The notes under the pieces were generated by a model that saw only the letters and a list, made by a program, of their open reading frames with translations, had not been told where the DNA came from and made no database searches. Positions 44,401 to 58,518 of a stretch of DNA of 64,000 bases are shown here, piece by piece (position 1 is the first letter of the stretch; every line of letters begins with the position of its first letter). Location: contig CM120647.1 in assembly GCA_051362555.1 (NCBI GenBank), positions 18,700,651 to 18,764,650 on the forward strand. Direction: 5' to 3'. The position numbers and the translations under genes were made by a program. The stretch comes from Lingula anatina. Its lineage: Eukaryota; Animalia; Brachiopoda.

Positions 44401-47400
44401 TGTGCAGACATTACTTGTAACCATGGTGGCACATGCAGGGAAGTGGTGACATCTGGTGGTGGGTTGGTGTGTGACTGTGCACTGGGATTCTCAGGGCCCA
44501 GATGTGAAAAAGGTTTGTTTTCAACAATCTTAAAAAAGTAGAAAGGACAGTCAGTTATGCCTTCAGGTTTTAGTATTCATAACATTTGTGTGTGGTTATT
44601 CTAACTGAGTTTGTAAATGTTGTTAATACCTTGGAGAAGAATTAATACTTGGCATTTTCAGTTAGATATACTGATCTATAACAGTCACAGTTATGATAAT
44701 TATAGTAATATTGTTGATGAATTTCATTGATTTAGGTACATTTTTCATTCCATATTTTGTTAAAATGTTCATGATTGTCTTCATTAATCACAAAATCAGA
44801 ACTTAAAAATGCAACCACAAATATGTTTACAAGTTTTTTTAAAGACTTAGTTTTGTTTTCTTGCTTTTTGTATTTTGTGTATTTAATTATTTTGTATTTT
44901 TTATTTGACAGAGGTGGTCGTCTATTTCCCTTCATTTGGTGGCAACTCCTACTTAGAACATGCAGCCATTAATGTTTCCATGGCAACCAGTGACCTCTTC
45001 TTGACCTTTAAGACCTCCCACACCAGTGGCACCATTCTTTTCTCACAGAGTCAAGTATCAGGATCCTTTATGCATCTTTATGTGGAGGGCGGGTATATCA
45101 AGTATCAATTTGCATGTAACCATGGTAACATACTGATGATTGACACACAGGTCTATGTTGCCACTGGGAATTTAACTGCTGTGAATCTTAGGTATGTTTT
45201 GATTTGACTTTTGTGTCTTCATGTAAACTGACAATGTTTAAAATAAATAGGCCTTTTCGATACAGAAATGATGAACAATAAATAGTGAGCAAATTTTGGG
45301 TCACTTTTTATGTTTATCTTAATTTCATTATTATATTTTTAGCTATTTTTGAATAAACATTGATCAGTCTTTGTAATCAGTAAAAATTGAATGTCAACAT
45401 ACAGTAAGCTTTATGCAGCAAGCAAAAGAATGTTTCAGGTTTTCACGATAAAATGAATACACAAAATCTTTTCATATTTTTTGTATTTAAATTATGTTTG
45501 TATGTGCTATTTATAAGTAAAGTATCTTTGGTATTTATTCTACAGTGATATTGAATCATTATTCTCTATTATCATTGTTTTTCCAGACAACAGCATCCAT
45601 GGATGACAGATGTGAACACAGTGAGACAGAGGTGTTCTGCAGCTGTACAGGTGGATTCTTATCCAGAGTATGTGTCACAACTAACACAATATGGAACAAA
45701 CATTGTCACAACTAACACAATATGGAACTAACATTGTCACAGCTAGTGCAATTTGGAACTAACATTGTCACAGCTAACACAATGTGGAACTAACTTTGTC
45801 ACAACTATCACAATATGGAATTAACATTGTCACAGATAGCGCAATGTGGAACTAACATTGTCACATCTGTAAATTGTGTAACTTACATTTTCACAGCTTA
45901 TGCAACTTGGAACAAACGTTTCAACTTAATGCATTGAATTACTAACATTTTTACACTGAACACAATACATAAGTAAACCTCATCTCACGTAATGCACTAC
46001 TGAGTAATATTGTCAATCCTGCACGATGAATACATTAACAATGTTAAAGCTAACACAGTGTGTAACTTACATTGTCACAGCTAACACACTATTTAAGCTA
46101 ATATTCACAATGTATGAGTAAATAATGTCTCCTTAAGAAATTACCAACAGTTTCTACTGTCACAAATAAGTCACACGTACAAACTGACATTGTCACTCCA
46201 AGATAACATTTTTATGCTCTCCATCTGCACTTTATTCTTCAAACCTTTAAACCAAAAGTTAATTATTACTTCACTCAAAAAAGGGATCGTAGATTATTCA
46301 CTGATGAATTTTCAAGGTACTGCATAAGCAGTGCCTTCAGTGATACTATTTGGAAAGTTATTTTTAACAAGTTTTAAAATATTCCTTTTTAGGATTATCA
46401 GCAGTCAGCTCGTCTTGGCCACCTATGGAGCATACGGCCCTCTATATCTGGGAGGCTATGCTACTGGCATCTATAGTCCAGATGCCAGGGCTTCCCCGTT
46501 CTTACCTTTTGTTGGATGTATTAGAAACCTGCAGGTAAAAAATGGACTGAGGGAAATGTACTGTGTTTTATAATGTTTTTTCTTTTAATTGAAATTGTGC
46601 TATTTAGCACATGAAACATTTGGGATTATAAGGAATGTTGGAAGAGATTTCTGTAAATTTCACACATTTATAGTTAGTATAGAGATGGAATATACAGGAT
46701 TTGTTAAGTTAATAATTTCATGAAATGGAAAGGATCCAGATTTTGAAGAGAATATTCATAAATGGAAAAATGTGACCAAAGAGGGATCATCTGCTTCCCA
46801 GTCCATACTTGTAAATAGTAATCAAGCATAGATTCAACAATAACATTCTTAAAAGGTAATAAAGGTAAGTTATGACCAAGTTGTTCATAAGCAACTGTTC
46901 CTCTTTCTATAGAAAATATACTATAACTGTTTGGACCACTTTTTTTTCTATTTTTCTAATATAATTTTAGGTGAATGATAGAGAAGTTGATGTGTTCTTT
47001 GATGCCTTGCGTGGACAGAACATCGCAGACTGCACAGTGCCTCCCTGCAGTTATGAGCCATGTCGAAATAATGCAACATGTCAGCTGTAAGTATTATACA
47101 TGTATCTTACGACTCATTCCCAATGTTGATACTGTTGATACAGGCCACTAATTTCCAGATGTTGTGCTTATTGCAATGACTACTGGTAGAGGGTTGAAAA
47201 TTTTATTGGGAAATGAACTTTGTATTGAAAAATATCCTGCACAGTAGAGGTCAGGCTTTAAGTCAGTAGATTGTTTCAATCACTTCACATTTGTGGGGTG
47301 GGGGGAGAAAGGTAGGGGAGGGAAGGGGCAGTTTGCTGACAGCAGTTATATAAGAATGGTAATATTTCAGGGATGGAGAATCTTGGTTCTGTGATTGTCT

Positions 47401-50400
47401 CTCAGACTACACTGGTGTATTATGTGAACGCAGACTTTGCCAACACAACCCCTGCCAACATGGGGGCACCTGCATCATACTACAAGGTCAAGGTCAATAT
47501 GTCTGCCTGTGTCCTTATGGCAGGAGAGGGGTACACTGTACAGAAGGTAAGACAGAGGGACTGTTTGGGCCCCATTCAGAATAGGGGACTAACAAATTTG
47601 GCGACCACTTCTTGCCATCTAATCTGCTAATAGACACTGAATAGATATCCCATGGGAAATATTCAAGTGGGTCAGCCATATTTGACCCTCAGACAAGTTA
47701 TTCCCCTATTCTAAATGAGTCCTGTGTTATAGGAAATAATTCGTTATTAGTGGCCATTTGTACATTTACATGCTGGAACATGACATTTTGGGAGCCAAAA
47801 ATATCATCAGCTTTGATTATAAAAATAGTAATAATAAAAGTAATAATAATAATAATAATTATAATAATAATTATTATTATTATTATAATTATTTTTATTA
47901 TAAGAACTGTAACCATATTTATATCTTATTTTCAGCGGCGGTCATTTCCCGTCCAGCCTTCTTCGGTGACCAGTATGGCTATTCTTCTTACCTGGCCTAT
48001 CCCAAGATTCTGTCCCTGGAGTTTGAGATGGACATCCGGTTCAAGTTTACTCTGAACAACCTGGACACTGCACTGGACAGTGGTCTGATGATCTTTACTG
48101 GACAGCAAGGTCAGTGAACACTGAGTGCATGTTTAATTAATTTCCATCACAGTCTATGTCTTTAACATATATGAATGGTTTACTGTTAGGAAGGTTAAAT
48201 GGTGAAATGGATCAAAGTATTGATAACAGTTTGTGCAAAGGCAAAGTACAGTGTAATCTGGTCTACTTAAATTTACAGAAAACTGCTGAAAATTTTTTTC
48301 TTTTCAACTTGTGTGTGATTGAAAAACAATTTATGAGAAAGATTTTTTTTATGCACAAACATTCTGTCACACAGAAGCCTATATATTTTATTTAAATCTA
48401 TTACCAGGCAATTACCCCAATGGTTCAGACTACTTGGCAGTTGGCATGGAAGGCGGCCATGTTGTTTACATGTTTGACCTAGGAACTGGTGAGGGCTTGG
48501 TGAATTAAGAGATTTTCTGTATTTTGGATTATTTATAGAATTTATTATAATTGGGTTTCGTGTGAAGTGATCTTAAACAGTTTAATCCTGGATTGGAGAG
48601 TTTTTTTCCTTTCTAAGCACACCCCAAAATGATGCAAATATATTGTAATCAAGAAAATTGTAGTGATCATTCTTTTTGATACTATTTTAGACCAAAAGCT
48701 TTGCAACTTGATAATTTGACAAATTTCAAGTAAATTAAATTAAATTTTCTTTTTTTTTCAGGACCTCGTAAACTAGTCAGTCCAGAGCCAGTGGACACTA
48801 GTGCCACCTATCACATTGTGGAACTTGGTCGAAGCTACAGTCAAGGTCATCTCAAGGTGGACAACCAGGTCAAGGTCACAGGGTCATCTTTAGGGAAACT
48901 GATTGGCTTGAATTCCTTTAGCGAGTTCTATGTTGGAGGATATGATGTTTTTGAGATGAAACTTTTGCCTTTAGGGGTCAATTTTACCGTTGGATTTCAA
49001 GGTGTGTTGTTGGTTATGGATGGCTTATTTATTTATGTTTAAGCTTGCGTTTTAATTGCAATTCAGTTTATAGAATGTGATTATCTGTTATATAGTGCTA
49101 GGAACAATTCTTGATTTTAATATGAAAACTTTCTGGACATACTTTCCCATGTGTATTTTTTTATGTAAATTTATTGTATGATAGGTAACTCAAGATTTTC
49201 AGCAAAAGAAGAAATAATTTAAACTGGCATAGTGATAAAGACGAAAAACACTCTAATCCCCATTATTCATTCATAATCAATGCCAGGATCACTATTTTTA
49301 TTTTTTTCTTCAATACACATGAACCATGTTTAAAATACTATGTATATTTTGTGCCCAGGGTGTATATTTGACCTTGAGGTGAGAGGTGGTAGCAGTGGTC
49401 AGTTTCAGGCCCCTGGACTCCCCCCTGGTCATGTGACCAGTGGCCGGAATGTCCAGCAGTGTAATGCCAGCGAGTGTGCGGTCAATACCTGTCAAAATGG
49501 AGGGACGTGTGTGGAGCTAGGGGCATCCTTCAGGTATTACAGATGGGAATTTTTCAGATCTATCTGGATAATTGGATGTTTATGTATAAAATTATTAATA
49601 TTGGTTGGTAATATAAATTATGAGATTATTTACAGGGGCCATTGCTCCCCAGACCATCAGTATATGGCTACGCACCTCTCATGGTTGCATTTTTAGTTTT
49701 TTTTTTAAGGCTAGCTTTTCTATCATTTCTGAAATATTGTGGATAAGTCTCTTCCAATCCAACAGTCAATCTCTATGTCTGTCTGACTGGATGGGCAGGA
49801 GCTTTATATTGTGCCTACACCTTCTCAGTCATTTTAATTTTCATAAAATCCTATAGGTGTCACTGCAGTAGTGGATGGAAGGGAGCCCTATGTTCAGAAC
49901 AGATCTCAGTCTGTGACACCAGCTCTGACTGTGCCAATGGTTCTACTTGTGTTCCTCTCACAGAGGGGGGGTACAGGTGTGACTGTCCCCTGGGGAAGGC
50001 GGGGGAAAGGTGTGAGCAGAGTAAGTCATACAAGATATTAATTGATTGTACAATAAGGGGAATAAATAGCTTCTTATGAAAATTGAATTTATAGTCGCTT
50101 TGACAAATGAAGTAGTGGTAGAAGTGGTTGACATAAGAGAAGAAATCAAAACTGTATGTTTAATTTAGTAAATATTGCTTTGAATTTATAATTCTGTCAG
50201 TCTAGACTTGGAGCCATGAATACAAGACTAGAAAGTGCCATGTCACATTATATAAGCTAAGATCTAATAAACAGAAAGATTGGACAGCGGCATTTCCCTT
50301 TTGACCAGACGTTCGTACGGGTAAACATTGCTCTATTGTTCCCCTTAAGTTGTTTTGATAGCCGGGCTTAATTTTAATCCCCATTGTACCTAACCCGTGT

Positions 50401-53400
50401 TTAGCGAATAGCGTGATTTCTCGTGCATTCTCGAGGACGCCACATCGTCGTCAAGTAGATCCGCCATATTGGATTAGCACTGGCACACGTGGAGTTTTTT
50501 TATTAAAAAGTGCTAAAGATGTACAGTTTGTTTACATTTCGTAGTTGTCTTAATACTTTATATTCAGAAGAGGCAATACCCAATAGCGCACTACCTGTAA
50601 CAACAGCTGCCATTTTATAGAAATTGACTCAACGTGGAGATAGGCCTATAGCCGGAAACGTGACGAGATCATCAACGTACATGTAACTGATAGTGATATT
50701 TGATGCTGTTTTGGACAATAAGGCCATGCTAACCTACTGGGAGAAACTGAATGGTGAAGCTACACCAAAACAGAAACTTGATCTATTATGCATGTTTGTA
50801 AAACTTTGTCACTATCAGCGGTCATTCTTTTAGAGCATAATTAATTTAAATTTACCAGAATACTCGTAGCAAATCAGTGAAACAAAAAGGACTGAAAAAA
50901 TCCATTAAGAAAAAGTAGTTTTTAATTTCACTTTCACAAACACTTATTTGGGTACCTACTTCATAATAATAGTGAAAGGTAAGACATATCTTTATATTGA
51001 CAATCAAATAAAAGTAAACTCGTTTTTTCATATTTATAAAGAACACATGCAATATAGTTTCCTTGCGACTTCAAAATCATGCACATATTTTTAAACTCTG
51101 CAGAATCAGTTTTGAAACATCAGTCTTTTGAACATCTTCCACAGAATGTATTGGAAGAATAGGCCTAATATGTGTAACAATTTTGTTTGCCATCTGACTA
51201 AAAAATGACTAAATAAAAGATGATTGCTAAAAATTATCAATATTTCATCAGATTCGGCATTTAAAACTGATTATTCATTTCTGGCTGTTAAAGTAACATA
51301 ATACAAGTCATATTCTGTTCATAAGCATTTTATTATAGATTTAATAAGGCACAGAAATTGAAATGCAAATAAAAATGTTAACACCTTTAGATACCACTGA
51401 CTGTGACACAATCACAACAGATAGGTAATTTATTTAGGAGTACTAGTTTCACATGACAAAGAATTATAACATTTTCCCCCCTATTTTGACTTGTTTCAAC
51501 ATTAATATCTCATTCAATAAAAATTATGCACTTGATGATAATATTTATCTATTGCTAAGAGCACTACTGACCAATTCCAACCTTGACTTGACAGTACACT
51601 AAACTTCAGAGTTTACAGAAGGGAGACAATTTATAGTGATATATTTGTTTTTCATGAAGAACAACATATGGCTAGTTTCAAGGTGGTCCATTTGCTGAAT
51701 TATCAATGTGCCTGTCAGGTTCTTGAGTAGCACCGAGTTAACTTGACAGAGGTACACTGTACGTCGTCATCAGAATCACTTCCATTGCAACATATATCTG
51801 AAAAAATATTATCACACAGTTAAAAAGATGCTGACATGTGTTAATTGCTCATGTTATGTTAAAGTCCACTGTGCGGACAACACTGACCTAGCTCTTTGTG
51901 CACTTGTAAAACTTGTAAAAATTAAATATTTAATTTCGGGCAGCTTACCATTTTGCTTATTTAATACATCAGTGTGTCTTTCCGATTGTTTACAATCACT
52001 TAGCAAACTTGACAGTGGTGCAACTAAATCATCTGCAACACTTGTATTATTACATTAATCTGAGAAAATAAAATAATATTTTACTGTTAAAAAGGTTCTG
52101 ACATGTGCTAGTCTCTTATTATTTGTCATTTGTGTAAGTCCACTGTGGTGAATGTACCTACATGTAGCCTTTGTATTCTATACTGGAAATAATGTTGCCG
52201 GGGACAGAATAATAGTGCCCATGTATATAAAACATTTTACTTTCAACTCCATAAACTTAAGTTCTAGTTATAGACCAGAAAGCTTACCGATTTTAGCTGC
52301 CAGATTTTTCTATTTATTTTTTTCTCCTGTGAGCCTTTACCCATTTTAATGGCATCTGAAAACAAAACAAAAATAATAATTATAAGGATGTGAGACACAT
52401 TTTACCGCATTGTTTTACTTAGGTATAAATCACGGATAAAAATACCATCGTTTGTTGCCCATTGATAACGATAGTCGCCGCCATCTTGTTTTATTGTCAT
52501 CTTTACCAATGAATATTTCTAAGAAACTACGTTAATTTTATCTAAGTTTATCCCTAAGGCCTTCCAATACTTGTTTAGATGGACACAGTTTAACTGTCAA
52601 CGCAAAGTACAGGTCCAATTTCGTGTTTGGCCTTGCATTTTAAGCCCTTCGATAATGATAGTCCCCGCCATCTTGTTTTATCGTCATCTTTACCGATAAA
52701 TATTTCTAAGAAAACAAGCTAAATCTTAACTAAGTTTATCCCTAGGGCCGTCCACTACTTGTTTAGATGGACACAGTTTAACTGTCAACGCATTGTACAG
52801 ATCCACTTTCGTGTTTGGCCTTGCATTTTAAGCCCTTCGATAACGATAGTCCCCGCCATCTTGTTTTATCGTCATCTTTACCGATAAATATTTCTAAGAA
52901 AACAAGCTAAATCTTAACTAAGTTTATCCCTAGGGCCGTCCACTACTTGTTTAGATGGACATAGTAAGACTGTCAACGCATTGTACAGATCCACTTTCGT
53001 GTTAGGCTTTGCATTTGAACCCCGGCGATTATGATCTGCACCACCATCTTGCTTTATTGCCCGAATTATTGTTTAAATTTTCATAGAAAACGAAGCTGTT
53101 TAAAATTAAATTATCAACCAATAAAACCAACGTGTTATTCAGTCATCAATAATATAAAATTCAACGTATAAAAAATCAAATTACCCGTGTTAGACCTTAG
53201 GTAATAAGGCATTCAGACTCGCTTGTTCGTCGCCATATTGCTAATTAGAATGCAACAACGGATTGAAGGCAATTTTTCACGATGACATCTGCTCCAAAAT
53301 ATTGCAAATTTTACACACAAGTGAACCTTGTTAGTTTTCCCTTCTGCACATACATTTTCAGAGAAACTACAAGACTAAAAGCGGTATTTTACCTACCTTG

Positions 53401-54559
53401 AAATCGCCCAAATGCAACAGAACTCGACCTCCGCACGAACACAACGCGACTGACTACTTCCGCCGTACGAACGTCTTTCCACAGTTAATCGGATTACCCT
53501 TTGAAGAATTGCCGAGTGTCCAATCTTTGGTATATTAGATCTTAGATATAAGTTAGCACAGATCACAAAGAAAATGCATGTTGGGATGATTACTCAGGAC
53601 TTAAATGTTTGTAACTCATCATTCAGCAAACCTCTAAGCAGGGGTGGGGGTGGGGCAGGGAGGAAGCAGACTGCCCTTTTGGTTTTCTCTGATTCAAAAA
53701 ATGATCTAGGATCTGTGCCATTTCTCAAACTTGCTTAACAAAGATAGTAAGAAAGGTAAAAAAGTGTTTTTTTTTTTTTTTTTTTCAGAAAAAGAACTAC
53801 TCATTGTGTATTATATGCACCATCTTTAGGTATGTGACATTGAAAAATGAGCTGTTCTCAGTGGAATGTGGTAAATTATAATTTTAAGAGGATTATTCTG
53901 CAGTGATTTTTACATTTAGAATTTCTGCTGTTTTTCAGGTATCACTATCAGTGACCCAATTTTCATAGGCGAGGCATCTTACATGGCCTTTGAACCCGTC
54001 CATATTGGCCGATCATGTGACATTAGAATCCAGGTCAATCCCAGAAAACAAGATGGCGTCCTGTTCTATGCTGCCGAGCACATGAATGAACGCAGCGGGG
54101 ATTTTATTGCATTGTCTCTGAATAATGGAAGTGTTGATCTGAGGTTAAATCTGGGGACCTCTCCCACTACTGTGCTAACAAGTAGCACGATGGTTACTCC
54201 AGGTAAATTTTGCTAAGGGTTAGCTTACACTTTTTTCTTTATGGTTAAAGCACCCTTCTTCCTCCATGACAAGATTTCACACATATGCACTTAATTATTG
54301 TAAAAGTTTGAGTGAAAAACTAGCATTTTCATTGAAAAGCTATTGATATATGAATTATTGTAAAATTGTTATTTCTCACCCTCTGTAGGTGTATGGTCTG
54401 TGATAGAGGTGAGAAGGAATGGCTCCCATGCTACCCTCAGTGTAGATGGTGAGGCCGTTACCGGGACAACGACCCCTGGCACCGTTTCCCTGGATACAAG
54501 GTCATTCTTTTACTTAGGTGCGTAGGTGTAATAGTGACTGTATGACAAGAGGCGTAAAT

Positions 54560-54614
<55 letters not shown>

Positions 54615-57600
54615 TTATTTTTTGGATAGTAAGCCATTTCTTTTTCAATTGAAATCTTTGCTATTGAAAGATTACTTATTTGTATTTTGTGAATTTCTCA
54701 AACTTTAAATTGTAGAAATGCCAATTTGCTCCACAGCATTAATTTTGACATTTCCTCCTAAACGATTTTGTAGCAAACCAATTTTGATTAACTTGATTGT
54801 TTTTCATTGTTTTATAGGAGGATTGCCACAACTGTCTGTGTTGAATCCCTCAGCTGTGGAGAATGATCCAGTGACATATGAAGGTTGCATCAGAGAATTT
54901 ATTGTGAGCGGAAGAACATATGACCTGACTGTAGAAGGTACAGATCCAAGATTACAGATTGACTGCATAGAGATCAAAATCTGGAAGTCTTTCTGGAAGA
55001 CAAATATGTTTCCTACGCTTGTCTTAATTCTGCCATGCTTTTCAGAGGCTGTGCCTTTTTTAGATTAAAATTATTTTTTATTTCCATTATATGAAGATTT
55101 CATCTTCTGACTCGTAAATTTTGATTAGGACAAATGGTGGACTAATTGGCTGCTTGTGAATGCTCTCTTACTGTTAATAATTATATTTTCATAGGAGCAG
55201 TCTCAGGGCTGAATGTCAGGGACTGCGATGGCACAGGATGTGGATACAGCATTTGTCAAAATGGCGGTACCTGTAACGCAGCCGGGGATAGTTATCAGTG
55301 CAGCTGTCCACAGGTAAGTCAGAGGCAATTCTGAATTTTTAGATGATTTTGTTTTCATGATTTCTAGCAGAGGAAGGTTCAGTAGAAGCCATAAAGGGTG
55401 ACAGTCCCTTACCCCTTCTGGTCTTCTAAATCTGAATTTAAAAGTTGAGTTTTGATGAAAGCCAAACCATATACTGGTAGTACTAGGAAATCGGGTGAGG
55501 AAGAGAGAGGGAAAAGAGAGAAAGATGAAAGAAGAGAGAGTGACTTACAAAGAGAGAGAGAGACATTTCCCCCCATTGGTGATGAGACAGTTGTTAAATT
55601 TGCCAGTTTTGTTTTAGACAAGCTCCCACCCCTCCCCTCTCTCTCTCTCTCTCCAGGGAAATAATGTGTTGGATTTATATTTTCTGGTTTTTAACCTAAT
55701 ATCTGCAATATGAAATGTTGAGAACAATATTTAGGTAAATAATGAAGCAGGTTTCACATTGACTCTTTTGTAAAAATGGTTTAAAATAGTGAATTGTTTT
55801 TAAAGAGGCTACATATGCCTTAACCTATGAGACAAAAAGTTTTGACCTTTTCATGAAGCAATGAAATGACATGTCTAAGTCTGTGGATCAAATAAGGCAG
55901 CCCACTAAAAGCTTGCTGCTTTATTCCCAATTGGACAATGAATAGATTCCCTGCAGGGATTATGCATCAAGCATTCAAGTGGGTCAGTCATACACATGTA
56001 TTTGATCTGTGGGTCTGTTAGTCTGCTCTGAATCTTCTCTTATATGTGAAGACAAGTTTAGTCTCTTCAGAAAAAAAAACAATTAATCACCAACATGTCC
56101 AGTTGAGGTGAAGAATCTTTGACAAAATGTTGTACAATTTCAGTTATATTTTGGCAATCGCTGTGAGCAGTCCATCTACTGCAGAGACCACAGTTGTGAG
56201 AATGGAGCGTCTTGTGTGCCACAGGAAGCCAGTGCCACCTATACCTGTTCATGTCCACTGGGGTGGTCTGGACAGTTTTGCAGCCAAGGTAACCAGTTTT
56301 TTTAAAGAAATGGTGCTGCATGATATAAAAAGGATTTTATGTTGCTTTAATCATACAGAAGTTTACATTGGAGTGTTAATTCCCCCTTCCCAGTAACTTT
56401 TTTCACAGAATAAATTCAAGCATTTTCTGAATTTACACTCATTTGGATACATTTGTTTGGCCCATCATGTTGTAGCTTAAAATTAGTTTATCTGTGGAAT
56501 TATTTTTTGGTTCTTTAGTCAACCTTTTTTTGAAAATGATAACAGTTTTCACTGTCTGAGTTACATTCATGTGATTTCCAGCTGAGAGTTTTGAAGCAGC
56601 TCGTTTTCCTGGTGTCCAGAGTTTTCTGTACATACAAGATGGCAGCTATGAGTTCTCCAACAAGACTGTCACCTACCTGGCCTTCAACTTCTCTACCACA
56701 CAGACTGATGGCATGATACTCTTCAATGGAAAGGTATTCCTATCATACACAATAACGCAAAAGCCAGTGTACACCGACAAGAGAGAAACAAGTCATTTTT
56801 TAGTCCAAAAGGCAATCATATTGCATGTGGTTTTGATTAAACTTCTGGTAGCATTTTTCTTTTTTTTTGTGTTATTTTTTTTTAGGAAAAAGAATTGTAG
56901 TTCCAGTTTTTTTTATTTTTTTTTTTATTTTTATTTTTTTTTTTGGGGGGGGGTTGCACTGACTATACATTTTAAACAGTCAGTGTTTGAATAGTATTAT
57001 ATGAATTTAGTGATGGTCTTGTGAACGGCTATCTTTCTTCTGGTATGACTTTTTACACAGTCATGAATAACACGAGACATTTCTGTCATGTCCAGGTGTA
57101 CTCAAATGATGATGACTACTTGTGTCTCGGAGTGGTCAGTGGGCGTTTACACCTGTCCTTCAACTTGGGCTGGACGTCCAGTAGCGAACTACTGTCCTCC
57201 ATACTGGTCAATGATGGACAATGGCACTCGGTCATCATACAGAGGTGAGGATACTCTTAATAAAATTTTGAGTTTACAGAAAATTTACAGCAAACTGAAC
57301 AGTTTTAAAGAAACTATTTGCAGATTGTCCAAAGAAAATAACAATGCAGGAAGATTATAAAATTTGGGGAAGTTTGCAATAAAGTCTTCAGACCTCTTTC
57401 GCATGGTAAAAATCCTTCTTGAAAACTTGCGGCAAACTTATAATTTTGGTAAGGGTATAATTATCAAGAGAATTGGTATAATTTTTATAATGGACTGGGA
57501 TTGAGGTATGTCAAAAATAAGTGAATACTTCACATGCACAACTCCTGCCATGGTGAGAAGTGGACAAGTTAAATATCACGGTGTACATTCAGAAGAGCAG

Positions 57601-58453
57601 ACTACAGGTCTGTCGATCAAAAATGGCGACCTACTGAAAAGCTTGCTGCTCAATTCTTGCTAAGACACTGAATAGGTTCCTAAAGTGGGTCAGCCATATT
57701 TGATCTGGGGACCTGTTATTCTGCTATTCTGAGTGCACTCTTAGATCGCAAGGCTTTACAAATCCTGGGGACTAAAGATGGCGGTCGTACATGAAAGAAA
57801 AAGCGCCTTATCTTCTAATAGTCTCTCCGCCTCTCACACGCCTCCCCACACGTCGTCCCTGTGGGGGGACAGTCATTAAATCTCGGCTCCATTGGGACGA
57901 CACATGGGGAGGCGTATGAGAGGCGGAGAGACTATTAAAAGATTAGGCAGTTTTTCTTTCATGTACGTCCGCCATATTTAGTCCCCAGGATTTGTAAAAC
58001 TCGTTGTGAATGTGATCTTAGTCTTGTAGGCTAAGCATGTTTCATAGGTAAACTGCACTAAATTGTAGGGTCAGATTAGTTTGGTTCCAGTTATAGGCCA
58101 GAAATAAAAGCAGTTTATTTACACTGAAATGTGTAACAACAAAAAACACTAAAATTGAAATTAGGCAACAATTTTTTTTTTTTGCATATCTATTCACCAC
58201 TATACATGCCCGTTTGAGTTGTCTGTCTATAAAACTGTGTTTTAATGTATCAAGGAACTTATATCTGTATTTCTTAATGTTAATTTTTCCTAATGCCAGG
58301 GAGTCTCAGGTGCTCAATCTCTACTTGGATGGTGTCCAGTACCAGCTGCAGGTGTCAGGGGCTTTTACTGACCTGGATACTCAGGGATACTTTTATATAG
58401 GTATGGGCTTGTCTTGGACGTAGGGGGCAGCATTAGCATTGGGATAATTCTGT

Positions 58454-58518
<65 letters not shown>

